Source: Candidatus Magasanikbacteria bacterium RIFOXYC2_FULL_42_28
Lineage (GTDB): Bacteria > Patescibacteriota > Patescibacteriia > Magasanikbacterales > GWA2-37-8
Direction of reading: 5' to 3'
Length of the DNA stretch: 64,000 nucleotides
Assembly: GCA_001784435.1 (NCBI GenBank)
Contig: MFQZ01000002.1
Span: forward strand, 12,502-76,501
In this document: piece after piece, positions 46,509 to 56,537 of the stretch
Position numbering within the stretch: position 1 is the first letter of the stretch
Layout: each line of letters opens with the position of its first letter
Notes under the pieces: model-generated
Told to the model about the DNA's origin: nothing
Databases searched by the model: none
What the model saw: only the letters and a program-made list of their open reading frames with translations
Program-made: the position numbers and the translations under genes

Positions 46509-46895
46509 TTAAAATTTACGACCGGCCACTGCCCCACTTGCGACCTGAAAACTATTATAAAATCCCCAGATAACAAAAATCGGCAACAATAACCAGAACG
46601 AAAATAAAATTACACACGCGCCAAGCCAAACCGCCAACGCAAACGCGCGCGCGATAATTTGCACTACCCGCATGAAAAACGAAATCACCCTCCCCTGCCA
46701 GTCCGACTGCCCATACATCGGCACAAAAATATTTTTTAACCACAGTCCGGGAGCGAAAGTCCGATTGCCCCAAGCTAAAATCGCCAAACAAAAACGCGCG
46801 GCGCGTAAGGTGCCGAGTGTGTACCACCAAAATGGAAAATACAATATGTCTACAATGGCTTCAATAAATAGACGTTGTAGGACGAGGATAAACAT
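46509..46895 (-). CDS. hypothetical small membrane protein
   Basis: 128 aa with three or four hydrophobic segments. Confidence 0.3.
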   Translation of the reverse strand: MFILVLQRLFIEAIVDILYFPFWWYTLGTLRAARFCLAILAWGNRTFAPGLWLKNIFVPMYGQSDWQGRVISFFMRVVQIIARAFALAVWLGACVILFSFWLLLPIFVIWGFYNSFQVASGAVAGRKF

Positions 46896-46934
46896 AGTAA
46901 TTCTCTATAAATAGTATACCATATTTTTGAAAAA

Positions 46935-46985
46935 TAAAAAACCCGATGCTTAGCGTCGGGCATGGCACGCTAAGCGTGCCACCAA
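46935..46985. terminator. tandem hairpins with CTTAG/CTAAG loops
   Basis: CCCGAtgCTTAGcgTCGGG followed by GGCACGCtaaGCGTGCC. Confidence 0.4.
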
Positions 46986-47003
46986 AAATCTAACTGAAAC
47001 TGA

Positions 47004-47363
47004 CTATCGCAACGCCACCACCGCACCCACCGGAGTCAAATGTTTAACTTGCGCCACGGCGACCATATTCAATTCCGGCACGCGCTTTTTGATGTAGACG
47101 AGCGAGCTGTAATCTGCTACGGTAACTTCTAAATTTTTAATTTCATCAACCAAATCAGTCGATTGACGTTCTAAATCGTGAATTTGATAGCCGGCCGCCG
47201 CGGTATCACCAGTCTGAAATAAATACAATATGCCGAACATCGCGACACACATAACGAGCGACACGCGCGCTCCTAAACCAGACAGCCAAGACGGAGTGTC
47301 AATGGAAGTTAAAGAATCAATTAATCCAGAATAATGATTTTGAATTTGGTGTTTGAGTGTCAT
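47004..47363 (-). CDS. FtsL-like cell division protein
   Basis: Single TM plus coiled coil, positioned immediately downstream of rsmH as in dcw clusters. Confidence 0.4.
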   Translation of the reverse strand: MTLKHQIQNHYSGLIDSLTSIDTPSWLSGLGARVSLVMCVAMFGILYLFQTGDTAAAGYQIHDLERQSTDLVDEIKNLEVTVADYSSLVYIKKRVPELNMVAVAQVKHLTPVGAVVALR

Positions 47364-47367
47364 AGTA

Positions 47368-48273
47368 TTAAATTTTTTCCACGACTCGCAATTTGGCGCT
47401 CCTTGCGCTCGCGTTTTCGGCCACTTCGGCCTCGGTCGCGATTATGGGTTTTTTATTGATTAAATAAATTTCTTTGTTTTCAATTTTTTGAAAATATTGT
47501 TTGACGATCCGATCTTCCAACGAATGAAATGAGATTACTGCTAATCGTCCGCTTGGTGCCAATAATTTTACTGCGATTGGTAAAACTTCTTTTAGCACCT
47601 CCAATTCTTCGTTCACCGCAATTCGTAATGCTTGAAATATTTTTGTGGCCGGATGTAATCCTCCCACCCACGGAATTTCTTTGGTGCTCTTTAATTTTTG
47701 GCGATAAACTTGTAAAACTATTTCACTTAATTCGCTTGATCGTGCAATTAATTTGATTTTTCTGGCTTCGACAATTGCGCCGGCAATTTGTTCGGATAAT
47801 TCTTCTTCGCCAAATCTTTTAAAAATTCCATTCAATTCGTCTTCTGGCAACCTGTTTACCAGTTGTCCGGCCGTCGGAGTATCAGCGCTCGGATCAAATC
47901 TCATGTCTAATGGTTCGTCGGTTTTAAAACTGAATCCGCGTCCCCTTTCTTCAAATTGCGGTGTAGACCAGCCCAAGTCCATTAAAATCGCGTCCGCTTT
48001 ATCAAATTTATTTTCTAAAACAATTTTTTCTAAATTTCGAAAATTGCCTCTACTGAAAATTACTCGTTCGCCAAACCGGTATAAATTTCTTTTAGCGCGC
48101 AATAATGATTCCGAATCAGTGTCAATGGCTAATAATTTTCCTTTTGGGCCGATTTTTTCGAGTATTACTTCGCTATGGCCGGCATCACCAACCGTGCAGT
48201 CAATTACCTTGGAACCATTTTTCAGATTTAAACTTTCTAATACTTCATTTAATAAAACAGGAATGTGCCTCAT
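47368..48273 (-). CDS. rsmH: 16S rRNA (cytosine1402-N4)-methyltransferase RsmH (MraW)
   Basis: MRHIPVLLNEVLE...GHSE with the SAM-binding motif. Confidence 0.9.
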   Translation of the reverse strand: MRHIPVLLNEVLESLNLKNGSKVIDCTVGDAGHSEVILEKIGPKGKLLAIDTDSESLLRAKRNLYRFGERVIFSRGNFRNLEKIVLENKFDKADAILMDLGWSTPQFEERGRGFSFKTDEPLDMRFDPSADTPTAGQLVNRLPEDELNGIFKRFGEEELSEQIAGAIVEARKIKLIARSSELSEIVLQVYRQKLKSTKEIPWVGGLHPATKIFQALRIAVNEELEVLKEVLPIAVKLLAPSGRLAVISFHSLEDRIVKQYFQKIENKEIYLINKKPIIATEAEVAENASARSAKLRVVEKI

Positions 48274-48725
48274 ACGCCTAACTCAGCCATTTTTTCGGCA
48301 ATACCATTGCTATTCGTTTCGGTACGTGTTTTGTACTCATTCCATTTCGTTTCGTCCCAGATTTCCACTCGGCTATACAAACCGGCGACAGTCACATTCT
48401 TTTTTAAGCCGGCAAAAGTTCGTAGATATTCCGGTAAAACCGCTCGGCCTTGTTTATCTACTTCTAACTCCATCGCCCCACCGAGCATTGAGCGAGCAAA
48501 AGCGCGACTGTCAGAATTAGTTAATGGTAAAGCGGCTAATTTTTCCGCGAGTTTTGTCCACTCTGATTTAGTATAAAGAAACAAACAATTATCTAAACCG
48601 CGCGTGACAACTGAACCTTTTTTTAATTCATTGCGAAATTTAACCGGTATTGCTAATCGGCCTTTGTCATCCAAATTGTGCGCGTATTCGCCGATAAACA
48701 TATTGGCTATTTTTATTTTCCCCAC
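48270..48725 (-). CDS. mraZ: transcriptional regulator MraZ
   Basis: Duplicated DDKGRLAIP/DKQGRAVLP MraZ motifs. Confidence 0.85.
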   Translation of the reverse strand: MGKIKIANMFIGEYAHNLDDKGRLAIPVKFRNELKKGSVVTRGLDNCLFLYTKSEWTKLAEKLAALPLTNSDSRAFARSMLGGAMELEVDKQGRAVLPEYLRTFAGLKKNVTVAGLYSRVEIWDETKWNEYKTRTETNSNGIAEKMAELGV

Positions 48726-48823
48726 TGTTCCCCACCTATATCCATTTTACACCACTTTAAAACACCTGTCAACATTTTAAACCAAAAATTGCCCTTTAAA
48801 TTTTGGCTAAAATATAACAAAAA

Positions 48824-48842
48824 GTCCCGACTAAGTCGGGAC
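48824..48842. terminator. rho-independent terminator, CCCGACTAAGTCGGG family
   Basis: caaaaaGTCCCGACTAAGTCGGGACtgtgg, downstream of the beta-CASP RNase gene and upstream of mraZ. Confidence 0.6.
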
Positions 48843-48868
48843 TGTGGATAAGTTTTTATACTTTTATT

Positions 48869-50236
48869 TTATACCTTTACTTTTAACCCAAAATCCACAA
48901 CCGTGGCTTTCACGCCTAATTCAGTTTTCAGTAATTTAGCGAACGCTTCAGCCGGACCGGGTTCGCCGTGATTTAAATAAACTTTTTTGGGCAAAGTCGG
49001 GCCACCACCAATCCAATCTAACAATTTTTCCTGATCGGCGTGCGCCGAAAGCGCCCCGACCGCCTCTACATGACAGCGTACATTTACCGTCTCGCCTAAA
49101 ATATGCACGCGTTTATCACCATTAAAAATTTTTCTACCCAAAGTGCCTTCGGCTTGGTAACCGATAAATAATAACGTGCTATTTGGGTCTTCCAGATAAC
49201 GCAAAGCGTGATAAATAATGCGCCCACCGTTCATCATACCGGAACCGGCAATAATAATTTTGGGGCTGGGTACGGCGTTAATATGTTTGGAATCTTCGCG
49301 CGTTAAGCACATTTTTAAACCGGGAAAATTAAATAGGTCATCATCAGCTTGTAATAATTTTATTGATGCCTCATCGTAATACTGCGGATATTTTCGATAC
49401 ACAGCGGTGGCTTTTATAGCCAAAGGACTATCCACAAAAATCGGCACGCGTGGCAAACGTTTTTTTCTATCAACCAAATCATTTAAATCGTACAAAAGTT
49501 CTTGGGTGCGCTCCAAAGAAAACGCCGGCATCATCAACGTGCCACCCCGATCAATCGCTTCTTTTACCTTTTTTTCAATATAGGTCTGGCGGTCAAACTC
49601 ACGTTCGTGCAAACGATCACCATAAGTTGATTCGCAAATTAACGCGTCAATATCGGCTGGCAAGGAATCGGTCTCCCGAATTATCGGCATCTTGGCATTG
49701 CCAACATCGCCGGAAAATACCACCCGCTTGCCTTCGGCGCAAATTTCCACCGCAGCCGCGCCAAAAATATGCCCGGCATCGCGCAATTTTATTTTTATTC
49801 CGCCACTCACCGTTCCCGCCAAAATTAATTCTTCATAATAATCCAACGGCTTAAAATGAGCGGCGCACTCGGCGACCGCGATTTCATCGTATAAAATCGG
49901 CGTGCCATAATTAATGGAGTTATGTTCCATTACCGATACCGCGTCTTCCAAAATCAACCGCGCCAATTCCAAAGTTGCCGGCGTGCCATAAATCCAACCG
50001 GTGAAACCACGTTTGACTAATAACGGCAAACGACCAATATGATCCAAATGAGCGTGGGTAATTACCACGGCGTTTATTTCGGATGGAACAAAAAGAAACT
50101 GTTCGCCGTTGCGTTTTTCCATTTCCGACCCGCCTTGAAACATCCCGCAATCCACTAAAATTTTCTGACCGGTGGCCTCAACGAGCGAACAAGAACCGGT
50201 TACCACTCGCGCCGCTCCACAAAAAGTTATATTCAT
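48869..50236 (-). CDS. beta-CASP family MBL-fold ribonuclease (CPSF/TTHA0252-like)
   Basis: MBL motif HAHLDHIG, N-terminal FCGAARVVTGSCSLVE and a ~450 aa beta-CASP layout. Confidence 0.7.
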   Translation of the reverse strand: MNITFCGAARVVTGSCSLVEATGQKILVDCGMFQGGSEMEKRNGEQFLFVPSEINAVVITHAHLDHIGRLPLLVKRGFTGWIYGTPATLELARLILEDAVSVMEHNSINYGTPILYDEIAVAECAAHFKPLDYYEELILAGTVSGGIKIKLRDAGHIFGAAAVEICAEGKRVVFSGDVGNAKMPIIRETDSLPADIDALICESTYGDRLHEREFDRQTYIEKKVKEAIDRGGTLMMPAFSLERTQELLYDLNDLVDRKKRLPRVPIFVDSPLAIKATAVYRKYPQYYDEASIKLLQADDDLFNFPGLKMCLTREDSKHINAVPSPKIIIAGSGMMNGGRIIYHALRYLEDPNSTLLFIGYQAEGTLGRKIFNGDKRVHILGETVNVRCHVEAVGALSAHADQEKLLDWIGGGPTLPKKVYLNHGEPGPAEAFAKLLKTELGVKATVVDFGLKVKV

Positions 50237-50394
50237 ATATAGTTAGAATTATAATAATTATACCAGATATCACCCGACTATACAAATAACCCAAAATTTG
50301 TTATAATTACTAGGTGTGAAGAAATAAAAATTAAGATTTTTATTTCTAAGCACCGACGTAATTTCAAGCTCCGCTTATAATACTCTCAATTAAT

Positions 50395-51051
50395 ATGGTA
50401 CGCAGAAATTTAGACGACATTCAAATCGTAGAACCGCCTTTGGAAGAATTAACCAAACAACACTCACATAAACGTGGTTGTTTTTTGAGTTGCGTTTTTA
50501 TAATTTTTTTAATTGTGAGCAGTGTCATTGGCATCAGATTTTATTTGGGCGCCGGTCCGCAAACAATCAAAGCCGTCCCTCCTAATTTTCCGGCTGACAT
50601 TCCGCTTTATGACAAAAATAACATTGAACAGATAACTTTTATACCGGGGCAATACAAAGACCGCGGTTTGGAAATCGCCACTTTTATCCCCAAAATTTTA
50701 TTAGCCCCGTTTATTTCCCGTTTAAGCACCGGCACTACTACTGCCGGAGTAACGGAAACAGATTCATATTGGAATGGCTTGCGCCAAGTGATTTCTCGTC
50801 CACCCGGCGACTATCACGATACTGTTCAAATTGAATGGCGTAGTATTGACGCTGATTATGGTTTTATTATTTCTTATTATAAAAAAGAACTCTTAAAAAA
50901 GAATTTTATTATCGAGACAGAATCAGAGGGTCAAAACACCAAACAATTCTCTTTTAAACGCGATAACGCCAGTGGGTCAATTTACACTCGCGGTCATATT
51001 GACTCTTTGTCCGGCACGGAATATCTGATTTTAACCGTGAATTTGCCTTAA
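50395..51051 (+). CDS. hypothetical protein with N-terminal TM
   Basis: One TM (CFLSCVFIIFLIVSSVIGI). No recognised motif. Confidence 0.3.
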   Translation: MVRRNLDDIQIVEPPLEELTKQHSHKRGCFLSCVFIIFLIVSSVIGIRFYLGAGPQTIKAVPPNFPADIPLYDKNNIEQITFIPGQYKDRGLEIATFIPKILLAPFISRLSTGTTTAGVTETDSYWNGLRQVISRPPGDYHDTVQIEWRSIDADYGFIISYYKKELLKKNFIIETESEGQNTKQFSFKRDNASGSIYTRGHIDSLSGTEYLILTVNLP

Positions 51052-51052
51052 C

Positions 51053-52666
51053 ATGTTAAAAATTTTTCATTCATCTTACAAAACCGTCACCGCGGCCGCC
51101 ATTATGCTTTCGGGAGCAAGTTTGATTTCACGTCTAGTCGGCATTGTGCGCGACCGAGTTTTGGCGCATAATTTTGGCGCCGGACCGATTATGGATGCCT
51201 ACTACACCGCGTTTAAAGTACCGGATTTAATTTATAATTTATTAATTGTGGGCGCGCTCACGGCCGGATTTATCCCCACTTTTACCAAATTATTTCAATC
51301 AGACGATAAAAACCCGGCCTGGAAACTTGCCAATAATTTATTAAATATTTTAGCGATTGGGTTGATTGTTTTATGCGGAATTGGCGCGCTAACTGTTCCC
51401 TATTTCGCGCATTTCATCGCGCCCGGATTTACCGGAGAAAATTTAGCCCGCGTCATCAACTATACTCGCATAATGTTTTTATCGCCGTTAATTTTGGGGG
51501 TTTCCATGATTACCGGCGGAATTTTACAATCTCTGCGTCGGTTTACTTTATATTCTTTCGCGCCGGTATTTTACAACTTTGGTATTATTGTCGGCGCGGT
51601 TGGACTAGTGCCTATTATTGGCGACATTGGTTTGGCTTGGGGTGTGATTTTGGGTGCCGCCCTTCATTGCGCTTTGCAAATTTATGGCGCAAGCCATGCC
51701 GGCTACCGATGGAAATTTTGGTTTGATTTAAAAGACGCCAATACTCGCTTGATGGGAAAATTAATGGTACCACGAACGCTCGGCGTCGCTGCCACCCAAA
51801 TCAGCCAGGTCGCCTTCACCATGATCGCGACTTTGTTGCCAATTGGCAGTGTGGCGGTTTTTAATTACGCCAATAATTTACAGGGCTTGCCCATTGGCAT
51901 AATCGGCATTCCTTTCGCGCTCGCGGTCTTTCCTCTTTTATCCGAAGCGGTAGCCAAAAATGATGATCGGCAATTTATCGCCTACGTCTCCGGCACCGCG
52001 CGCAAAATTATTTTATTAATTGTTCCTTTTACAATTTTATTTTTATTATTGCGCGCGCAAATTGTGCGGGTAGTTTTAGGAAGTGGCAGTTTTGATTGGA
52101 CCGCGACTATTAGCACCGCCGACACTTTGGCTTTTTTTGCTTTAGGCATGCTCGCGCAATCATTAATCCCACTGTTAGCGCGGGCATTTTACGCTCTGTC
52201 CGATACCAAGACGCCGTTTATCGCCGGCGTGATTGCCGAACTCATCGGCATCATCTTCGCTCTTCTACTATATAAACGACTGGGCACGCCGGGATTGGCG
52301 CTGGCCACCACCATCGCTGCCACCTTAAATTTAATTTTTTTAACCGCATCATTCCGACATCTGGCCAAAGGGCTGGAAGAAAAAATATTATTACCAATGT
52401 TATTTAAAACCAGTGTCGCCGGACTAATTATGGCGGTCGTGGTGCAATATTTAAAAACCCCGTTGGCAAAAATATTCAACCAGGACTATTTCTGGGGCAT
52501 ATTTGGCCAAGGCGCGGTCGCGGGAATTGTCGGGGTTGCGGTTTACGCGTTATTATGCTATATATTAAGGATTCAAGAGTTTGTGGAAATTGCTGGATCG
52601 TTGCGTAAACGCTTCTTAAAAGCAGAAAATATACCTACAAGCGAAGGGATTACACTTATTGAATAG
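51053..52666 (+). CDS. murJ: lipid II flippase MurJ (MviN)
   Basis: N-terminal SRLVGIVRDRVLAHNFGAG...DAYYTAFKVPDL with 14-TM MOP-superfamily layout. Confidence 0.85.
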   Translation: MLKIFHSSYKTVTAAAIMLSGASLISRLVGIVRDRVLAHNFGAGPIMDAYYTAFKVPDLIYNLLIVGALTAGFIPTFTKLFQSDDKNPAWKLANNLLNILAIGLIVLCGIGALTVPYFAHFIAPGFTGENLARVINYTRIMFLSPLILGVSMITGGILQSLRRFTLYSFAPVFYNFGIIVGAVGLVPIIGDIGLAWGVILGAALHCALQIYGASHAGYRWKFWFDLKDANTRLMGKLMVPRTLGVAATQISQVAFTMIATLLPIGSVAVFNYANNLQGLPIGIIGIPFALAVFPLLSEAVAKNDDRQFIAYVSGTARKIILLIVPFTILFLLLRAQIVRVVLGSGSFDWTATISTADTLAFFALGMLAQSLIPLLARAFYALSDTKTPFIAGVIAELIGIIFALLLYKRLGTPGLALATTIAATLNLIFLTASFRHLAKGLEEKILLPMLFKTSVAGLIMAVVVQYLKTPLAKIFNQDYFWGIFGQGAVAGIVGVAVYALLCYILRIQEFVEIAGSLRKRFLKAENIPTSEGITLIE

Positions 52667-52669
52667 TGA

Positions 52670-52790
52670 TAATTTTCAATTATCAATTTACAATTTTCAT
52701 TGAATTTTCAATTTCGAAATTTTCAAACACGAATTGGAAATTGATCATTGTAAATTGAGTGAAAATTGAAAATTGGACATTGAACATTAT
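52670..52790. repeat. AT-rich palindromic element, GAAAAT/ATTTTC word family
   Basis: aattttcaattatcaatttacaattttcattgaattttcaatttcgaaattttc...gaaaattgaaaattggacattgaac. Confidence 0.6.
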
Positions 52791-54597
52791 GAACGACAAA
52801 ATTCGAAACTTTTGCATTATTGCCCATATCGATCACGGGAAATCTACTCTCGCCGATCGCTTTTTGGAATTGACCGGCACGGTGTCTAATCGCGATATGA
52901 AAGCGCAGATGTTGGATTCAATGGATTTGGAACGTGAGCGTGGCATTACCATTAAACTGACTCCTGTACGAATGAGTTACAAGGATTATATTTTAAATTT
53001 AATTGACACTCCCGGACATGTGGATTTTAATTATGAGGTATCACGCTCGCTCGCGGCGGTGGAAGGCGCGGTATTACTTGTGGACGCCACCCAAGGCGTG
53101 CAAGCCCAAACTATCGGCAATCTATATCTGGCGCTGGAACAAAATTTAACCATTATTCCGGTCATCAACAAAATTGACATGCCGGCGGCGGATATTAAAA
53201 AAACCATTGCCGAAATTATTCATTTAATCGGTTGCGCCGAAGCCGATATTTTACTGGCCTCTGGGAAAACCGGCCAAGGGGTCCCAGAAATTTTGGAAAA
53301 AATTATTGAAAAAATTCCTCCCCCACCCGACTTGAGCGCCGAACCGGCGCGCGCGCTAATTTTTGATTCGGAATATAATGAATACAAAGGCGTGGTCGCG
53401 GCTATCCGCGTGGTGGATGGCGAATTAAAAAAAGGTGATAAAATTTTGCTAATGGGCACAACGACGGTGGCGGATATTTTAGAAATTGGCTATTATAAAC
53501 CAAAATTTGTTCCGGCGCAATGTCTCAAAAACGGCGAAATCGGTTATGTCGTTACCGGGCTAAAAGCCGTAGTTGACTGTCGGGTGGGCGATACTATCAC
53601 CACCTTAATTGACGTTCCCAATTTAATCGCCACAGCTAAAAATGCTTTGCCGGGCTACAAAGAAGTCAAGCCGATGGTCTTTGCCGGCGTCTTTCCGAGA
53701 GAAGGTGATGCGTATCAAGAATTACGCAATGCAATTGAACGGTTAAAATTAAATGATTCAGCGCTGTATTATGAACCGGAACAATCCGCTGTCTTGGGCT
53801 TTGGTTTTCGCTGTGGATTTTTGGGAATGTTGCATTTGGATATTTTTCAAGAACGGTTAAAACGCGAACACAATTTAGATATAGTAATTACCACCCCGAG
53901 CGTCGCTTATAATATTACTAAAATTAACAAAGAACAGCTTACTATTCACAGCCCGCAAGAAATGCCTAACCCCAGCGCGATTTTAGAAATGTCCGAGCCG
54001 TGGATGAATTTGGATATTATTACACCCAAAGATTATGTTGGCAATATTATGGGCTTGATTGCCGAGCGCAAGGGTCGCTACGTAAATACCGAATATTTAA
54101 GCACTGGTGTTGATCAACGCGCGTTGTTACACTACAAAATTCCCTTGGCATCGCTTGTTACGGACTTTTATGATAAACTAAAGACATTGACCTCGGGCTA
54201 TGCCAGCATGAATTACGAAGTGTGTGGCTATGAAAAAACCGACGTGGTCAAATTAGATATTTTAGTAGCCGAAGAACCGGTGGAAGCATTGTCAATCTTG
54301 GTTTGGCGCGATGACGCGTTTAAAGTTGGCAAAAAAGTGGTGGAGTCATTAAAAGAAGCACTCCCCCGCCAACAATTTGAAGTAAAAATCCAAGCGACCA
54401 TTGGTGGTAAAGTCATCGCGGCCGAACGCTTGTCGGCTTTGCGTAAAGATGTTATTGCGACATTGTCCGGCGGAGATTATTCCCGCAAAAGAAAATTATT
54501 AGAAAAACAAAAAGCCGGTAAAAAGAAAATGAAAGCACATGGCGCTGGTAAGGTGGAAATTCCAACCGAGGCGTATTTGGCGGTGTTGAAAAGATAG
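52788..54597 (+). CDS. lepA: elongation factor 4 (LepA)
   Basis: MNDKIRNFCIIAHIDHGKSTLADR. The ORF-table start at 52759 lies inside the palindromic element, so I use the internal ATG at 52788. Confidence 0.95.
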
Positions 54598-54645
54598 TGA
54601 AGTTCAAAGCCAATAGTTCATAGCCAATAGCACGAATGGGGCTGA
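54598..54645. repeat. half copy (one arm) of the CCAATAG family element
   Basis: gtgaagttcaaagccaatagttcatagccaatagcac. Confidence 0.5.
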
Positions 54646-54681
54646 GCGATCTATTACAAAATATAATATAAATTTGTCATT

Positions 54682-55020
54682 ATGGAAATTATTTTAAAAA
54701 GTTTAATATCGGCGGTAATAACAGGACTAATTTTAGTTGTTTCAAATTATGCTAGCCCAAAATTGGCTGGGGCGCTTGGTGGCATACCGATTGTATTCGC
54801 AGTGTCGTATGTTCTGATAACAATGCAAAACAAATCGGTTGCCAAAGATTTCTTGGCGGGGGGGGTATACGGCGCCATTGCGGCCATATTTTTCAGTATA
54901 ATTCTGATACTATTCAATTACTTATTCCCCAAATATCACTGGGTTAATTTTATAATTGCTTACGCGCTTTGTTTTTTAGCCGCGTTTGGCATGTCATATT
55001 TTACAACAAAAAATGTATGA
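54682..55020 (+). CDS. hypothetical small membrane protein
   Basis: Four hydrophobic segments. Confidence 0.3.
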   Translation: MEIILKSLISAVITGLILVVSNYASPKLAGALGGIPIVFAVSYVLITMQNKSVAKDFLAGGVYGAIAAIFFSIILILFNYLFPKYHWVNFIIAYALCFLAAFGMSYFTTKNV

Positions 55021-55038
55021 AACACAAAACCATAAAAT
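55016..55038 (+). repeat. 23-bp direct repeat, copy 1
   Basis: TATGAAACACAAAACCATAAAAT, identical to 57046-57068. It encodes a truncated MKHKTIKLP*. Confidence 0.7.
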
Positions 55039-55042
55039 TACC

Positions 55043-55075
55043 ATAAAAAAAACAACCCTTATAAAAAGAGTTGTT
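55043..55075 (-). terminator. rho-independent terminator of the tRNA-like RNA
   Basis: On the minus strand, AACAAC-13 nt loop-GTTGTT followed by T8, immediately after the encoded CCA. Confidence 0.5.
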
Positions 55076-55080
55076 TAACT

Positions 55081-55169
55081 GGTGGACGGAGGGGGAATCG
55101 AGCCCCGAAACTAGAGTAGCAATTCTAGACGTGGAGCCATCCACTCTCCGCCCTCGAGTCCACCGTCCA
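55081..55169 (-). ncRNA. tRNA-like small RNA (89 nt, encoded CCA; non-canonical fold)
   Basis: The 5' GGACGG pairs with the 3' CCGTCC-A-CCA. T-arm GGGG-CTCGATT-CCCC. The internal segment forms GTGGA-TGGC-TCCAC and CTAGA-ATTGCTAC-TCTAG hairpins instead of a canonical anticodon arm. Confidence 0.5.
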
Positions 55170-55170
55170 C

Positions 55171-55179
55171 ATTATATCA
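55171..55179 (-). promoter_or_regulatory. extended -10 promoter (TGaTATAAT) for the tRNA-like RNA
   Basis: On the minus strand, TGATATAAT ends about 6 nt before the first G of the RNA. Confidence 0.45.
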
Positions 55180-55367
55180 TAATTACAGACAAACAAAAAG
55201 AACTCCCTTGCGGGAGTTCCGAGATCGGAGTGGATATAGATTCCACGCCTGAATTGCTACTAATGATAGTATATTCTAAACTAAATATTTTGTCAATCCA
55301 TTTATCCACACCTTATAAAACACAAAATCATAAAATACCGGAACATTCCTAACAAATTCAACATTCT

Positions 55368-56534
55368 ATGTACAAACAAATAACCGAAATTTTTACTTAC
55401 AATTTTACTGTCGCCACTGACGGCCTGTATGCAATTTATTTATCCGCCTCTTGTGGTAGAAAAAATTACTTACGCACGGAACTTGACGGATCGGCTTTAA
55501 AAAGTCTTACGCCAAAAAGAAAAAATAAATATTTTAATATTCCCCCATCGTGGAACGGCAACGAATTGAAAGGGACTTCCAAAACAATTGTTTTTGTTAT
55601 AAAATTGCTCAAAGGCAATCATGGATTAAATTTCATTCCCAAAGGAAAAGTGGAAATAACAACGGAGCCGAAAATTACAGAAATAAATGATGCCGGTCTG
55701 GTAGCGCTTTTCAGTGATATTCAAAGCGAAAATAAAAATTGCCAACCATGGATTACGGTCGCACTGATTAATTTGCCTTTAAGATTTTTTGATGCTTCAA
55801 TAATGTGTAAAAAGAAATTTTTAGACAGCGACGATGTAAAATTGATAATTGATGAACAGATTCAAAAAAATCCACTCAAATCTATCTGGCGCGGCAAGAA
55901 CTGGTTTTGGCGTGGCGCGGAAATAAAAGGCAATGCTCAAACTAACAGGTTTTACCCTGACTTGCCGACAGGTACCCATTATATAGATCTGTGGTCAGAT
56001 GGCACACCAATTTTAAAAAGTTTGGATATTTTGTTGATTAGAGAGGACGCAATAAAAAGAATTCCGACCGTAGATAACCCAGAGTGGACCGGCGATTTTT
56101 TAGACGATCCCGAAGAAATTATTTTAGCCAGATTGATATTCGGCGAAGCCAATAGTGAGCCACAAAAGACCAAAGAATGGGTCGGCTGGTCGGTGATTAA
56201 CAGGACTAAAGCAAAATCGTGGTGGCCGAATACTATTCATGGCGTAATTCTGCAGGCGGGACAGTATGATCCATTTAAAACCAAGGATCCGAATTTTGAA
56301 AAAATAATCAATCCTCTTAATTATAAAAATGTCGGCGAGACGGACAAAAAAAACTGGTTCGAATGTTATGATGTCGCAAAAAGTATTATCTTAAAACAAA
56401 GCGCTAATCCCACGGAAGCTACACATTTCCACGGCGCTGGCGTCACCGAAGATTGGTTTCGAAGACACATAGTACCAAAAGGCAAATTTATTAAAAAAAT
56501 CGGCAATACTTATTTTTACTGGAGTCCAAATTAA
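55368..56534 (+). CDS. protein with C-terminal SleB/CwlJ-type cell-wall hydrolase domain
   Basis: C-terminal ARLIFGEANSEP...VILQAGQYDPF...ATHFHG matches Hydrolase_2 (SleB) motifs. The ~250 aa N-domain is unknown. Confidence 0.5.
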   Translation: MYKQITEIFTYNFTVATDGLYAIYLSASCGRKNYLRTELDGSALKSLTPKRKNKYFNIPPSWNGNELKGTSKTIVFVIKLLKGNHGLNFIPKGKVEITTEPKITEINDAGLVALFSDIQSENKNCQPWITVALINLPLRFFDASIMCKKKFLDSDDVKLIIDEQIQKNPLKSIWRGKNWFWRGAEIKGNAQTNRFYPDLPTGTHYIDLWSDGTPILKSLDILLIREDAIKRIPTVDNPEWTGDFLDDPEEIILARLIFGEANSEPQKTKEWVGWSVINRTKAKSWWPNTIHGVILQAGQYDPFKTKDPNFEKIINPLNYKNVGETDKKNWFECYDVAKSIILKQSANPTEATHFHGAGVTEDWFRRHIVPKGKFIKKIGNTYFYWSPN

Positions 56535-56537
56535 GAT

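Noticed and set aside
47753-48520. 255-aa + strand ORF
   Set aside because: It is antisense to rsmH and mraZ, which are confidently identified. No motifs.
55081-55169. tmRNA interpretation of the tRNA-like RNA
   Set aside because: The 5' and 3' acceptor strands are only 89 nt apart. There is no room for pseudoknots, and the internal mini-ORF (MAPRLELLL) does not look like a tag peptide. Kept only as a tRNA-like RNA of unknown function.
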